A stretch of DNA of 64,000 nucleotides from Gammaproteobacteria bacterium (GCA_022614965.1 JAKEHO010000116.1:5399-69398), one strand, 5' to 3'; shown: positions 1-10,034, numbered from the stretch's first letter. Program-made: numbers and translations. The notes: a model not told the origin generated them from the sequence alone.

Positions 1-664
1 TCACTTCCATAGTGATAGGTTGAACCGAATTGTGCTGAACCTCGGAGGGATCGCGAACGTCACTATTCTTCCGGCGGATCGCGCTTTGCCTGTGTCGGGT
101 TTCGATACCGGTCCAGGTAATGCCTTGCTCGACGATTGGTGCCACCGACACCGCAATACGCGCATGGACCGCGACGGCGAATGGGCAAAACGTGGCAATG
201 TGGACCACCCCTTACTATCCAGGTTGCTAGCCGAACCTTATTTCAGCATGGCCCCACCGAAGAGCACCGGGCGCGATTACTTCAATTTAACTTGGCTAGA
301 CGATCGCCTCGCTGCATTTGGATCCCATCTTAAGCCACAAGATGTTCAGGCGACGCTCGTACAGCTCACTGCTTCAAGCATTGCCCGCGCAATCACAGCG
401 CATACGCCCACCACCCAGCAAGTCCTCGTATGTGGGGGTGGTGTGCACAATCCAACATTGATGCAGGCCATTGCGAAGCAATTAGTGAATTGTACGGTGG
501 AGTCGACCTCAGCCTACGGATTGGATCCAGATTGCGTCGAGGCCGTTTCTTTTGCATGGCTCGCAAAACAGCGTCTCGAGGCCAAACCCGCCAATACACC
601 CTCGGTAACGGGTGCTCATCGCGCCGTCGTATTGGGCGGCGTGTATGACGCCGGCAAACGCTGA
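1..664 (+). CDS. anmK: anhydro-N-acetylmuramic acid kinase, C-terminal ~220 aa (5' end outside window)
   Basis: Frame is open from base 2. Product carries GGIANVTILP, DTGPGNALLD and PKSTGRDYF blocks typical of AnmK. Stop at 662-664. Confidence 0.85.
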   Translation, partial: HFHSDRLNRIVLNLGGIANVTILPADRALPVSGFDTGPGNALLDDWCHRHRNTRMDRDGEWAKRGNVDHPLLSRLLAEPYFSMAPPKSTGRDYFNLTWLDDRLAAFGSHLKPQDVQATLVQLTASSIARAITAHTPTTQQVLVCGGGVHNPTLMQAIAKQLVNCTVESTSAYGLDPDCVEAVSFAWLAKQRLEAKPANTPSVTGAHRAVVLGGVYDAGKR

Positions 665-684
665 ACAGGGGTCAGTGCAGGAAA

Positions 685-1038
685 TCAGACAGAGAAGGAA
701 GAACCGCAGCCGCAAGTGGTAGTTGCCTGGGGATTGCGGATAACAAACTGTGCGCCCTCAAGGCCTTCCGTGTAGTCGATCTCGGCGCCTACGAGGTACT
801 GATAACTCATCGGATCGACTAGCAGCTTCACACCACCATTTTCGACAATGGTATCACCCTCAGTGATATTTTCATCAAACGTGAAGCCATACTGAAATCC
901 CGAACAGCCGCCACCTGAGATAAACACGCGCAACATCAACTGATCATTGCCCTCCTCCCCAATCAACGCCTTGACTTTCGCGGCGGCGGCATCGGTAAAG
1001 TTTAGCGGGCTTAATTCAGCAGCTTCAGGGACATTCAT
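685..1038 (-). CDS. erpA: A-type iron-sulfur cluster insertion protein ErpA
   Basis: MNVPEAA... product with GGGCSGFQY and C-terminal CGCGSSF cysteine ligands. Start moved to the ATG at 1038 (13 codons inside the track ORF) to match family length. Confidence 0.9.
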   Translation of the reverse strand: MNVPEAAELSPLNFTDAAAAKVKALIGEEGNDQLMLRVFISGGGCSGFQYGFTFDENITEGDTIVENGGVKLLVDPMSYQYLVGAEIDYTEGLEGAQFVIRNPQATTTCGCGSSFSV

Positions 1039-1113
1039 CGCATGCGTCTCCGGGTCGGGTGCTAACAACCTTACCAATATGATAGCGTCAAATCGTCGCT
1101 CTGGGAACCCTTG

Positions 1114-1539
1114 TCAAGAGTTGTTCTCAGATGCCTCTAGCCGTCCGCGTTCGCTCGCGGTGGAAGGGGCTTGTTCAGTTTCCGACTCGTGTACGAGTTG
1201 GCCATTCACCTCAGCCCCCATTGCCATCTCGATCAGCTTGTAATACACATTTCCTGTGACACGGGCGTTGGGCGCAAGTTCAATGTGCTCATGAGCGTGG
1301 ACGTCACCGACGACCGCGCCGTTCAGGACAACGTAGTTCACCCTCACTTCTCCTTTAATCATACCTCGCTCGCTCACGGAAACCACCGACGAAGGATCAT
1401 CGAATGCAGTGACATTGCCTTTTATGGTCCCATCTATGTGCAGTCCACCACTGAATTTGACATCACCTAGAATCTCGGTATTGGGGCCGACCAGTGTGTC
1501 AATCCGGGTCGTTTTACGTTTCTTACGTTTTCCCCACAT
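1114..1539 (-). CDS. bactofilin family polymer-forming protein
   Basis: Basic N-terminus MWGKRKKRK, then repetitive beta-helix-like segments (FSGGLHIDGTIKGNVTA, IKGEVRVNYVVLNGAVVGDVHA). GGAGGG SD precedes the ATG at 1539. Confidence 0.8.
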   Translation of the reverse strand: MWGKRKKRKTTRIDTLVGPNTEILGDVKFSGGLHIDGTIKGNVTAFDDPSSVVSVSERGMIKGEVRVNYVVLNGAVVGDVHAHEHIELAPNARVTGNVYYKLIEMAMGAEVNGQLVHESETEQAPSTASERGRLEASENNS

Positions 1540-1553
1540 CGTCTCTACCCTCC

Positions 1554-2276
1554 TTACCCGGCCAATTCTGGCCAATCAAATACCCTTTCTACTTTAGACT
1601 GCGTTTTGTCCTTAGGGTGCAACTCAACGAAGACTCTACGGGGCTGGAAGCCTGCTGGGAGTACCATAGCACCCTCAAGCTTATGAAAATACTTGAATCG
1701 AAATGACAGATCGACTGGGGTGTGGTCCGCGATTTCCTGCAGTCTGAAGCGCTTCGAAACACCGCCCAAATCGCCTTCTACGACCATGTCGACCATGCCC
1801 TCTGCGACCCTATCACTTTTCGCCACATGAGTTAATACAAGTTTGTACCTGTAGTGCTGTTCCTGGCCAAGCGGTTCGAGGTAAAGGCCCTGGACAGTCA
1901 GCCCTTTCGCTGTACCGGTTGCAATCACGATGCCCTGGTAGAAACTTAGCTCCTCCCTCAAATCAAAGATTTCATCCTGAAGAAGTTTTAGGGTCTCCTG
2001 CACGTCGTTCCCGGCTCGTTTTTCGACCTCACCAGCGCGTTCAAGTATGGCTACACGCTCGCGCAGTCGGGTTGTCTCAGCCTCTAGGCTACGATTAATC
2101 TCCCACAGAATTTTCTGATTTCGGCTATCCGCCATCTCGCCGTAGATATAACGCCAGCGGCTGTAATCCAAAAGGTACCAAACCATCATCCCCAGCACCA
2201 CTATTCCAAGTGCCAGCAGGACAGCGATCCTTGCTGGGCGATGTGACTTTACAACCAAACGTCCCATGCCATCCAA
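1554..2276 (-). CDS. membrane-anchored coiled-coil protein of unknown function (DUF6776-like by recollection)
   Basis: One N-terminal TM helix (IAVLLALGIVVLGMMVWYLL), a heptad-rich segment (LEAETTRLRERVAILERAGEVEKRAG...) and a beta-rich C-terminal domain. Lies 14 bp upstream of the bactofilin gene. Confidence 0.6.
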   Translation of the reverse strand: MDGMGRLVVKSHRPARIAVLLALGIVVLGMMVWYLLDYSRWRYIYGEMADSRNQKILWEINRSLEAETTRLRERVAILERAGEVEKRAGNDVQETLKLLQDEIFDLREELSFYQGIVIATGTAKGLTVQGLYLEPLGQEQHYRYKLVLTHVAKSDRVAEGMVDMVVEGDLGGVSKRFRLQEIADHTPVDLSFRFKYFHKLEGAMVLPAGFQPRRVFVELHPKDKTQSKVERVFDWPELAG

Positions 2277-2336
2277 CTATTCACTTGTTAGTCTGCGCCG
2301 CAATCATTGATAGAGCACCAGTGGTTGGCAGACGTC

Positions 2337-3368
2337 TCACGGCGACAATGCGATCTCGCGTAACCCAGTCATCTCATCGAGATCTAGCATAATGTTCATG
2401 TTCTGCACTGCCTGACCTGCGGCACCCTTCACTAGATTATCTATTACGGAGAGCACTACCACCGTCTCTCCATCTTGAGGGCGATAGACGGCAATCCTGC
2501 ACACGTTTGATCCCCTGACCGAACGGGTATCCGGATGCGCCCCATTGGGTAAGACATCTACGAACGGCTCGTCGCGGTAACGTATCTCGTAGCATTCTTG
2601 CAGTTCGATATCATACCGGATCAATTTCCCATAGAGTGTAGCGTGGATCCCCCGCAACATAGGGATCAAATGTGGGACAAAAGTAAGCCCCACGGGGGCA
2701 CCACAGGCCATTGCTAATCCCTGGCAGATTTCTGGAAGATGCCGATGACCTGCGACAGCATAAGCCTTTAACGAATCCCCCGCCTCACAATATAGGAGAT
2801 CGAGTGCAGCCTTGCGACCCGCACCGCTTACTCCAGACTTGGCATCGGCTATGAGTCTTTCTCTATCCACAACATCCTCTTCGATTAGTGGAAGGAAGCC
2901 GAGCAAAACCGCCGTAGCGTAACAACCAGGATTGGCCACAAGCCTAGCAGACTTTATTGCCTGACGATTGATCTCAGAAAGCCCGTAAATCGCCTCATCC
3001 AAAAGTTTCGGGCAGGCATGCCTCATGCCGTACCATTTCTCCCACTGTGCTGGATCTCTGACACGGAAATCTGCCGACAGATCGATGATGCGTACCCCGT
3101 CATCCAACAATTCGGGAACCATGTTCATAGCTGTTCCGCTAGGCGTTGCGAAAAAAACCACGTCGCAACCGGCTAACAGATCACGCTTGGGCTCCGAAAA
3201 TGTGAGATCGACATGCCCGCGCAGGTTTGGGAAGAACTCGGCCACTGCTTCACCCACTTGGGCACGCGACGTAATCACCGAAAGATCCACATCCGGGTGC
3301 TTTGCCAGTAGCCGCAGGAGTTCGACCCCAGAATATCCGGTAGCGCCGATAATCCCCACCTTAATCAT
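2337..3368 (-). CDS. argC: N-acetyl-gamma-glutamyl-phosphate reductase
   Basis: [14 protein letters not shown] Rossmann start and active-site VANPGCYAT. Full-length 343 aa. Confidence 0.95.
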   Translation of the reverse strand: MIKVGIIGATGYSGVELLRLLAKHPDVDLSVITSRAQVGEAVAEFFPNLRGHVDLTFSEPKRDLLAGCDVVFFATPSGTAMNMVPELLDDGVRIIDLSADFRVRDPAQWEKWYGMRHACPKLLDEAIYGLSEINRQAIKSARLVANPGCYATAVLLGFLPLIEEDVVDRERLIADAKSGVSGAGRKAALDLLYCEAGDSLKAYAVAGHRHLPEICQGLAMACGAPVGLTFVPHLIPMLRGIHATLYGKLIRYDIELQECYEIRYRDEPFVDVLPNGAHPDTRSVRGSNVCRIAVYRPQDGETVVVLSVIDNLVKGAAGQAVQNMNIMLDLDEMTGLREIALSP

Positions 3369-3451
3369 GGCTTAGCGATCCTTGAGCGGAGGGACGATGG
3401 AGAAAAATTCATCATATGGCGAGCAACATTAAAGCAAAAGAACCAACAAAC

Positions 3452-3473
3452 AAAAAAGCGGCCGAAGCCGCTT
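3452..3473 (-). terminator. rho-independent terminator on the minus strand with no annotated gene feeding it
   Basis: Minus strand reads AAGCGGC-TTCG-GCCGCTT followed by TTTTG: a 7-bp GC-rich stem, UUCG tetraloop and T-run. On the plus strand the A-run precedes the stem, so it is directional. Confidence 0.6.
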
Positions 3474-3878
3474 AAGTCGTACCAATTATTATTGTCGTTT
3501 CAACCGTATCCTACGGTCGAGCAGGATACTTGATTGAGCTTAATTGCAGGGATAGCCTGTGTCAAGTACTTGTTCGCCCTTAGACTGTGTCTTGGCCGAT
3601 CAGCGAATGCGAATACCCGGATGGGACGTCTGACTGATGCCGTGGTCAAACCATATACCGAAGTAAGGCCGGCAAAATCTCCCTGCGTCGGAAGATAGTG
3701 CGCAGCTTGTCAATGAGTTTCCAGTTAAAAGCTAACTGTTAGTGTTTGAAACAACACATGATCCCAATACCTTGATTCCAACACAACGCTAAGCCCTCAG
3801 GCCCGAGACCCTAAGCAAGGATTGTGCCCGACAGCAATCGAGTTACCATAGCCCATGCCCTCATAGTGGAGTCATCTT

Positions 3879-4529
3879 GTGACCGTCGTCGAAACAATCG
3901 CACTAACCATGGGTATCGCTTGGGCAAGTGGCATCAATCTGTATGCGGCTGTTTTTATGCTAGGTCTTCTGGGCTCGACTGGCCACATCGCCCTTCCTGC
4001 CGACTTGGAGGTGCTGACTGACCCACTGGTCATGGCGGCAGCGGGATTTATGTATTGCGTGGAGTTTTTTGCCGACAAGACCCCAGGTGTTGACACTGTT
4101 TGGGACGCGACACACTCATTCATTCGCATACCGGCCGGCGCTGTACTGGCGATGGGAGCAGTTGGTGAGACCAGTCAAGCTGCTCAACTCGCGGCGTTGC
4201 TTGTCGGCGGTTCCCTCGCTGCAGCAACTTACGCCACGAAGGCAGGCAGCCGTGTAATTATCAACACCTCCCCAGAGCCCTTTAGTAATTGGACTGCGTC
4301 CCTCATTGAAGATCTGGTGGTGATCGGCGGTATATGGACAGCGCTGCACCATCCTTGGGTCTTCCTTGCTCTGCTCGTGACCTTTATCCTATTCATGATC
4401 TGGCTGCTGCCCAAACTCTGGATAGGCGTTAAAACCATTTTTTTCCACATTCGTAATGTATTTCGGCGTTCTCCAGCGAGCCAACCACAAGCTGCACGTG
4501 ATGTAGCCGAGATCGATAACATCAAGTAG
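3879..4529 (+). CDS. DUF4126-like polytopic membrane protein
   Basis: GIAWASGINLYAAVFMLGLLG and FFADKTPGVDTVWD blocks as I recall for DUF4126. GTG start at 3879; an ATG 10 codons later is an alternative. Confidence 0.75.
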   Translation: MTVVETIALTMGIAWASGINLYAAVFMLGLLGSTGHIALPADLEVLTDPLVMAAAGFMYCVEFFADKTPGVDTVWDATHSFIRIPAGAVLAMGAVGETSQAAQLAALLVGGSLAAATYATKAGSRVIINTSPEPFSNWTASLIEDLVVIGGIWTALHHPWVFLALLVTFILFMIWLLPKLWIGVKTIFFHIRNVFRRSPASQPQAARDVAEIDNIK

Positions 4530-4556
4530 TAAGCTCGATTTGACAAAATTGACATC

Positions 4557-5078
4557 ATGAAGAAGAAAGACGGCCTTGTCGCGATCTTCGCGGCGAGCTT
4601 AATCGTCGCTGCCACTTGGATGTGGCTCACGCCCACTGGTCTAAGCCATGTTCCGGATATCGCACTGAAGACCATCGACGGGCGGACATTACGGCTCAAG
4701 GAACTGCGAGGTCGGCCTGTATTGCTCACCTTCTGGGCAACGAGCTGCCCGGGCTGCGTCAAAGAGATGCCTCACCTTATCGATTTGTACAATGAGTTAT
4801 CTGGATCGGGCTTCGAGCTTATTGGCGTGGCGATGTACTACGATCCGCCGAATCAGGTCTTGGAGATGGCACGTGATCGTCAGATCCCCTACACCATTGC
4901 CCTAGACATCGATGGCAGCGCCGCAAAGGGATTCGGTAATGTATTATTAACCCCCACCACTTTTCTGATCGCACCAGATGGCACAATTGTGCAGCAAAAG
5001 ATTGGTGAATTGGATATCAATCAGGTCCGACAACGTATACAGTCAATGCTCAATTCCCCATCGCGCAGCATCGGGTAA
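4557..5078 (+). CDS. TlpA/ResA-type periplasmic thiol:disulfide oxidoreductase
   Basis: N-terminal membrane anchor and thioredoxin-fold motif FWATSCPGCVKEMP (CxxC). Confidence 0.85.
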   Translation: MKKKDGLVAIFAASLIVAATWMWLTPTGLSHVPDIALKTIDGRTLRLKELRGRPVLLTFWATSCPGCVKEMPHLIDLYNELSGSGFELIGVAMYYDPPNQVLEMARDRQIPYTIALDIDGSAAKGFGNVLLTPTTFLIAPDGTIVQQKIGELDINQVRQRIQSMLNSPSRSIG

Positions 5079-5082
5079 GCCC

Positions 5083-5508
5083 GTGCTGTGGCTGAAATCC
5101 CTCCACATTATATTTTTTGTCACGTGGTTCGCCGGCCTTTTTTATTTGCCGAGGCTATTTGTCTATCACGCAATGACCACCGACGAGATCAGCAACGAAC
5201 GATTCAAGACAATGGAGTGCAAGCTTTATTATGGAATCATGACGCCCAGTGCGATCCTCGCAATCGTTTTCGGCGTATGGTTGCTGGCCGGTTACAGCTG
5301 GGAAACCTACGCCAGCGCGGGATGGTTGCATGCTAAACTCGTGCTGGTTGCCCTTCTCATTGTTTATCACATCTACTGCGGAAAACTGCTGCTGGACTTC
5401 AAACGCGACGGAAACCGGCGTGGACACGTCTTCTTCAGATGGCTCAACGAGGTTCCAGCGGCGATGCTTATCGCAATCGTAATACTGACAGTGGTTAAGC
5501 CTTTCTAA
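5083..5508 (+). CDS. hemJ: protoporphyrinogen oxidase HemJ
   Basis: LWLKSLHIIFFVTWFAGLFYLPRLFVYH signature and 4 TM helices. Start reassigned to the in-frame GTG at 5083, 4 nt after the upstream stop. The track ORF start at 4978 would overlap the redoxin by 100 nt. Confidence 0.8.
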   Translation: MLWLKSLHIIFFVTWFAGLFYLPRLFVYHAMTTDEISNERFKTMECKLYYGIMTPSAILAIVFGVWLLAGYSWETYASAGWLHAKLVLVALLIVYHIYCGKLLLDFKRDGNRRGHVFFRWLNEVPAAMLIAIVILTVVKPF

Positions 5509-5624
5509 GGACTGCGGAACACTAAGGTGATACAACGCAGTCCGTCGCAGGGACAACTGGATCCCGGTAAGAGACCATCCACCGGGCCGCGTGGGGCGAG
5601 CGCTGAGACGTAGACACTTGGGGT

Positions 5625-5789
5625 CTAGATTTCCACCATTTCAAAGTCTTCCTTGCGGGCGCCGCAGGCGGGGCACACCCAATTCGGGGGGAGATCCGCC
5701 CATCGGGTCCCCGGCGGGATACCATCGTCAGGCCATCCCTTAGCCTCATCATAGATGAAGCCGCAAATCGTACACATGTACGTTTTCAT
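5625..5789 (-). CDS. rubredoxin (54 aa; below the ORF-track size cutoff)
   Basis: Hand translation: [54 protein letters not shown]. It has both CxxCG knuckles and the conserved aromatic core. ATG at 5789, TAG at 5625-5627. Confidence 0.9.
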   Translation of the reverse strand: MKTYMCTICGFIYDEAKGWPDDGIPPGTRWADLPPNWVCPACGARKEDFEMVEI

Positions 5790-5855
5790 GCCAACCCCTT
5801 GAGAATTCTTGCGGTTATTTTCGCAGCAGGTTCCCCCGTGTAGTATACCTTTGAA

Positions 5856-6671
5856 ATGAATCTCTCACCGCACGAAATTCCAGTCATCCTAGATTTTGCA
5901 GGTCATGACCCGACTGGTGGCGCCGGTATACAGGCCGATATAGAAACCATAGCAAGCCTCGGAGGACATGCGGCGTCAATCATCACCGCGCTGACCGCAC
6001 AGAACACGACGCAGTTTAGCCACTGTGTCCCGCAGGAGCCATCACGTGTAAAAACTCAGGCCATAATGGTACTAAACGATATGCAAGTGAGGGCCTGCAA
6101 GCTAGGACTGCTCGGCAGCATCGGAATCGTTGAAGTGATCCATGACATTCTTGTCCGGCATAAGAATATCCCGGTCGTTCTAGACCCCGTGATGGCCTCG
6201 ACAACAGGCACGTTGTTCATTGATAAAGAAATGCAGGAAGCGATTATTAATCTGCTATTACCGCACACAACTGTACTGATCCCCAACAGCTTGGAGGCCC
6301 GCCAGCTTGCGGGAGGAGAGAAACAACTTGATGCTGCTGCCGAGCGACTAATGGAGTACGGATGCACCTACGTGCTCATCACCGGTACCCACGAACAGAC
6401 GCCTGCGGTCATCAATACACTCTATGGTGATAACCAACGATTAAGGGTTTTTGAATGGGAGCGCTTGCCTGGAACCTACCACGGATCGGGCTGTACGCTA
6501 TCTGCTGCGGTCGCTGTACTCCTAGCGCGGGAGCGGGATCCGGTAAACGCGATCGCGGAAGCACAGAGATTTACCTGGAATGCATTAAAAAATGGCTACA
6601 AGCTCGGCAAAGGTCAGTCGCATCCAAATCGCTTTTATTGGGCACAAGCACATAAGGACAAACCTCGATGA
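5856..6671 (+). CDS. thiD: hydroxymethylpyrimidine/phosphomethylpyrimidine kinase
   Basis: [14 protein letters not shown] motif and ribokinase-like C-terminus (GSGCTLSAA). Confidence 0.9.
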   Translation: MNLSPHEIPVILDFAGHDPTGGAGIQADIETIASLGGHAASIITALTAQNTTQFSHCVPQEPSRVKTQAIMVLNDMQVRACKLGLLGSIGIVEVIHDILVRHKNIPVVLDPVMASTTGTLFIDKEMQEAIINLLLPHTTVLIPNSLEARQLAGGEKQLDAAAERLMEYGCTYVLITGTHEQTPAVINTLYGDNQRLRVFEWERLPGTYHGSGCTLSAAVAVLLARERDPVNAIAEAQRFTWNALKNGYKLGKGQSHPNRFYWAQAHKDKPR

Positions 6672-7318
6672 CGCGTCTTCCTCTTCAGGGTCTTTATGCC
6701 ATTACGGATAACAAGCTGATTGCGCCACTCAATTTGACCTATTTTGTCGAATTGGTTTTAAAGGGCGGGGCCAGCATGATCCAGTATCGTGACAAAACCG
6801 ATGACGCCCCGCGACGAGAACTAGAAGCACAAGCGCTCCACGATCTATGTCAGCGTTACAGTGTCCCCCTTATCATCAGCGACGACGTTGCGTTAGCAAG
6901 GAAAATCAGCGCCGAAGGCGTACATCTCGGGAAATATGACGCCACATATCATGTGGCAAGAGATCTGCTCGGTACCGCCGCCATCATCGGGATCTCCTGC
7001 TATGACAGCCTCGATAGGGCACATCAGGCGGCATTGCTTGGAGCTGACTACGTCGCCTTCGGGAGTTTCTTCCCGTCCAGGACAAAGCCGAACGCGGTGC
7101 GAGCAGTGACCGACCTTCTCCAGGAAGCACGCAAGCTTGTTTCTATTCCAATCGTTGCGATCGGGGGGATCACACCGGAGAATGGAACCCTATTGCTCGA
7201 AGCAGGCGCAGATATCCTCGCGGTGATAAGTGGCCTTTTCGGTGATCCTGATCCAGAAGGCGCAGCAAAACGGTACGCCACATTGTTTTCAAAAACACCT
7301 CAAAGAAGTTACATATAG
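6668..7318 (+). CDS. thiE: thiamine-phosphate synthase
   Basis: ATGA overlap with thiD. MIQYRDK, GISCYD and VAIGGI blocks. Confidence 0.9.
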   Translation: MTRLPLQGLYAITDNKLIAPLNLTYFVELVLKGGASMIQYRDKTDDAPRRELEAQALHDLCQRYSVPLIISDDVALARKISAEGVHLGKYDATYHVARDLLGTAAIIGISCYDSLDRAHQAALLGADYVAFGSFFPSRTKPNAVRAVTDLLQEARKLVSIPIVAIGGITPENGTLLLEAGADILAVISGLFGDPDPEGAAKRYATLFSKTPQRSYI

Positions 7319-7321
7319 TTA

Positions 7322-8602
7322 GTGGCAACATCGAAAAAATTATTTGAAGAAGCACAACAATTCATCCCCGGCGGGGTCAACTCGCCAGTCAGGGCATTTA
7401 AGGGGCTTGGCGGCGACCCCGTCTTCTTCATGCGGGGAAAAGGGGCCTATCTGTTCGATACAGATGGCAAACGCTACATCGACTACGTCGGCTCATGGGG
7501 CCCCATGATCGTCGGTCACGCACATCCAGCCGTGATAAAAGCTGTGCAGCAGACTGCCGCCAATGGGCTTGGCTTTGGTGCGCCAACGACAATCGAGACC
7601 GCGATGGCAAAGAAGATTTGTGAGCTCATGCCCGCTATCGAGAAGGTGCGTATGGTGAATTCCGGTACGGAAGCCACCATGAGTGCCATTCGTCTTGCCC
7701 GCGGTGTCACTGGCCGGGAAAAGATTATTAAGTTTGAAGGTTGTTATCATGGGCATGTTGACTCCCTCCTTGTCAAAGCCGGATCGGGCGCTCTGACGCT
7801 GGGTGTTCCCACATCGCCGGGTGTCCCCAAAGCGTTGGCAGAATACACGGTAACCCTCCCCTATAACGATTTGGAAGCGGTGCGGGAGGCATTTTCCAAA
7901 ATAGGCAAAGACGTCGCGGCGATAATCGTTGAACCGATAGCGGGCAACATGAACTGTGTGCCTCCCGTGCCGGGCTTTCTGCAAGGGCTCAGAGCACTGT
8001 GTGATGAATATCAAGCAATACTGATCTTTGACGAAGTGATGACAGGCTTCCGCGTCGCCCTCGGCGGCGCGCAGCAACTCTATGACGTGCGTCCAGACCT
8101 CACTACGTTAGGCAAAATCATTGGCGGCGGACTGCCAGTCGGTGCGTTTGGCGGGCGCGCCGATATCATGGAGCACATTGCACCACTTGGACCTGTCTAC
8201 CAGGCAGGCACATTATCCGGCAACCCAGTTGCTATGGCCGCTGGTCTCGCCACCCTCGAACTCGTGTCAGAATCCGACTTTCACACAACGCTCGCTGCTA
8301 GAACTATGCAACTTACCGAGGGACTCAGAGAGCGCGCTAAATCCGCCGGGATTGCATTCACAACAAACCAAATCGGCGGTATGTTCGGCCTATTTTTCAC
8401 AGAAGAACGCACCATAACCCATTTTTCACAGGTGACGGCCTGCGACCAGGAACGCTTTAAAAAGTTTTTCCATGGCATGCTTGAGCGAGGGGTGTATTTT
8501 GCACCATCGAGCTTTGAAGCCGGCTTTGTCTCAGGCTCCCATGGCGATGAGGAAATTGAAACGACAATAGAAGCGGCGAAGAATATTTTTCAAACATTAT
8601 AA
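7322..8602 (+). CDS. hemL: glutamate-1-semialdehyde 2,1-aminomutase
   Basis: [21 protein letters not shown] and the PLP-lysine context [14 protein letters not shown] start. Confidence 0.95.
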   Translation: MATSKKLFEEAQQFIPGGVNSPVRAFKGLGGDPVFFMRGKGAYLFDTDGKRYIDYVGSWGPMIVGHAHPAVIKAVQQTAANGLGFGAPTTIETAMAKKICELMPAIEKVRMVNSGTEATMSAIRLARGVTGREKIIKFEGCYHGHVDSLLVKAGSGALTLGVPTSPGVPKALAEYTVTLPYNDLEAVREAFSKIGKDVAAIIVEPIAGNMNCVPPVPGFLQGLRALCDEYQAILIFDEVMTGFRVALGGAQQLYDVRPDLTTLGKIIGGGLPVGAFGGRADIMEHIAPLGPVYQAGTLSGNPVAMAAGLATLELVSESDFHTTLAARTMQLTEGLRERAKSAGIAFTTNQIGGMFGLFFTEERTITHFSQVTACDQERFKKFFHGMLERGVYFAPSSFEAGFVSGSHGDEEIETTIEAAKNIFQTL

Positions 8603-8632
8603 CGAATCCTCTCGAAGCGGCTTATTCCACTC

Positions 8633-9073
8633 ATGGGCAGGGCGGTTGCTTGTGAACGAGCTTCACAAAGCCAGCGCAGAACACATTACAAGAGACAGCC
8701 AGTGGTCTATCACGTACTTGCCGACGTCATCGTAGTTATTCATCTTGGTTTCGTTCTGTTCGCGGCCCTGGGAGGATTCTTAGTACTTAGGTGGGCACAA
8801 TGTGCCTGGATACACATTCCGGCGGTTATTTGGGCTGCATCGATTGAATTTGCTGGCTGGGTTTGCCCACTCACACCACTTGAAAACTGGCTCCGAGTAA
8901 AGGCTGGCACTGATAGCTATACTTCAGGATTCATCGAGCACTATATCGTGCCTGTGTTATACCCTGCCACCCTCACCCGGGAATTGCAGATCACGTTGGG
9001 TGTGCTTGTCATGGTCATGAACTTGGCGATCTATGGATGGATAATACATCGCTTGTTCAAGCACAAGGCGTAA
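8633..9073 (+). CDS. DUF2784-like membrane protein
   Basis: HLGFVLFAALGGFLVL ... AGWVCPLTPLENWLR block as I recall for DUF2784. The true start is probably downstream of 8633, since the N-terminal ~20 aa are not membrane-like. Confidence 0.6.
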   Translation: MGRAVACERASQSQRRTHYKRQPVVYHVLADVIVVIHLGFVLFAALGGFLVLRWAQCAWIHIPAVIWAASIEFAGWVCPLTPLENWLRVKAGTDSYTSGFIEHYIVPVLYPATLTRELQITLGVLVMVMNLAIYGWIIHRLFKHKA

Positions 9074-9136
9074 GCACGACAACAGCCGACCCCTATTTCT
9101 TCCGAGGGGCTCGATACACTACTGGTGCGCTAAATA

Positions 9137-9724
9137 ATGGCCTTCTGGATCCTATCACACCTCGCCTTCACACTTGGCTTTCTCCTCGCCGGCCTTGTGA
9201 TTGCCCAAGTTGTTCGGCAGCGGCGCTCGTCATCGGGCACCATTGCCCGGCTCTTGGTCATTGTGCTGCTGCCTTACGTTGGCGTACCCCTGTATCTAAT
9301 GTTTGGCGGCCGCAAGCTCCGGCGAATCGCCGATGCAAAAGCCGATATCCAATTAGCCACAGGGTCGATTCGACTTGCAGCCAGGAGTAATTTGATCGAT
9401 CGTCTGCTGCAAAGCTACGGCATTCCAGGCGCGACCACCGGCAATCGGGTGACGCTTTGCCGAACGGGCGAGGAAGGCTACGGAGCCATCGTCCAATTCA
9501 TCAGCGAGGCCACGCGAAGTCTTTACCTCACGACGTTCATCCTGCACAAAGACGACATCGGTAAGGATATCGTAGATCGCCTCGCCAAGCGCGCCGCTGA
9601 AGGAATTGAGGTGCGGCTACTGTTGGACGGTGTCGGTTCGATGCACATGACCCGTCGCTTCCTTGCACCCCTGATCCACGCAGGTGGGCATGTCGCCTGC
9701 ATCGAAGCAATTTTTGCTCATTAA
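9137..9724 (+). pseudogene. cardiolipin synthase, N-terminal 195 aa only (3'-truncated)
   Basis: Two N-terminal TM helices and the start of PLD domain 1 (ATRSLYLTTFILHKDDIGKDIVDRLAKRAAEGIEVRLLLDGVGS) are present. The frame stops at ...HAGGHVACIEAIFAH*, before any HxKxxxxD motif, and no continuation appears in any frame. Confidence 0.7.
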
Positions 9725-10034
9725 AAAGAGAGGGAGTTTTCTATAAATGCGCTTGTTGACGCGAGGCCAAATCCATAACGCACTATTAAAGGATTTGTCC
9801 TTGCGCTTTTCGGGATAGCTTGTGACCAGAAAGTAATATCCAGTAAATGTGGGAGCTCAGGCAGCACAATGAGGTCAGCGCAGACGTTTCTTAGCGCCCG
9901 GAGTACCGTTTTGGCGTGTCGCTGGATTTCACCGCAAAGCGGACGGAACCGGTGGTAACCAACACGAAGCATATACCGTTTATGGGTCTACGGGTTGCCG
10001 TTCAACCCGATCCGCGCCGGCCCAATGAATAGTG

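Noticed and set aside
3417-3476. 19-codon plus-strand ORF (MASNIKAKEPTNKKAAEAA) whose 3' end contains the terminator hairpin
   Set aside because: It is too short and has no decent SD. The hairpin plus T-run geometry is meaningful only on the minus strand.
5522-5752. 76-aa ORF-track ORF on the minus strand between hemJ and thiD
   Set aside because: Its composition is Arg/Pro/Ser-rich and shadow-like. Another frame on the same strand encodes a canonical rubredoxin with a proper ATG and stop (5625-5789), which explains the open frame.
5790-5855. TPP riboswitch upstream of thiD-thiE
   Set aside because: The gap is only 66 nt, and it lacks the conserved CTGAGA…ACCTGATCTGGATAATGCCAGCG-type core.
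9721-9972. 83-aa minus-strand ORF, and a faint reverse-transcriptase-like plus-frame peptide, in the orphan DNA after the truncated cls
   Set aside because: No motif I can recognise in the 83-aa product. The RT-like resemblance rests on about 10 loosely matching residues and contains an in-frame stop. It is kept only as a remark inside the breakpoint finding.
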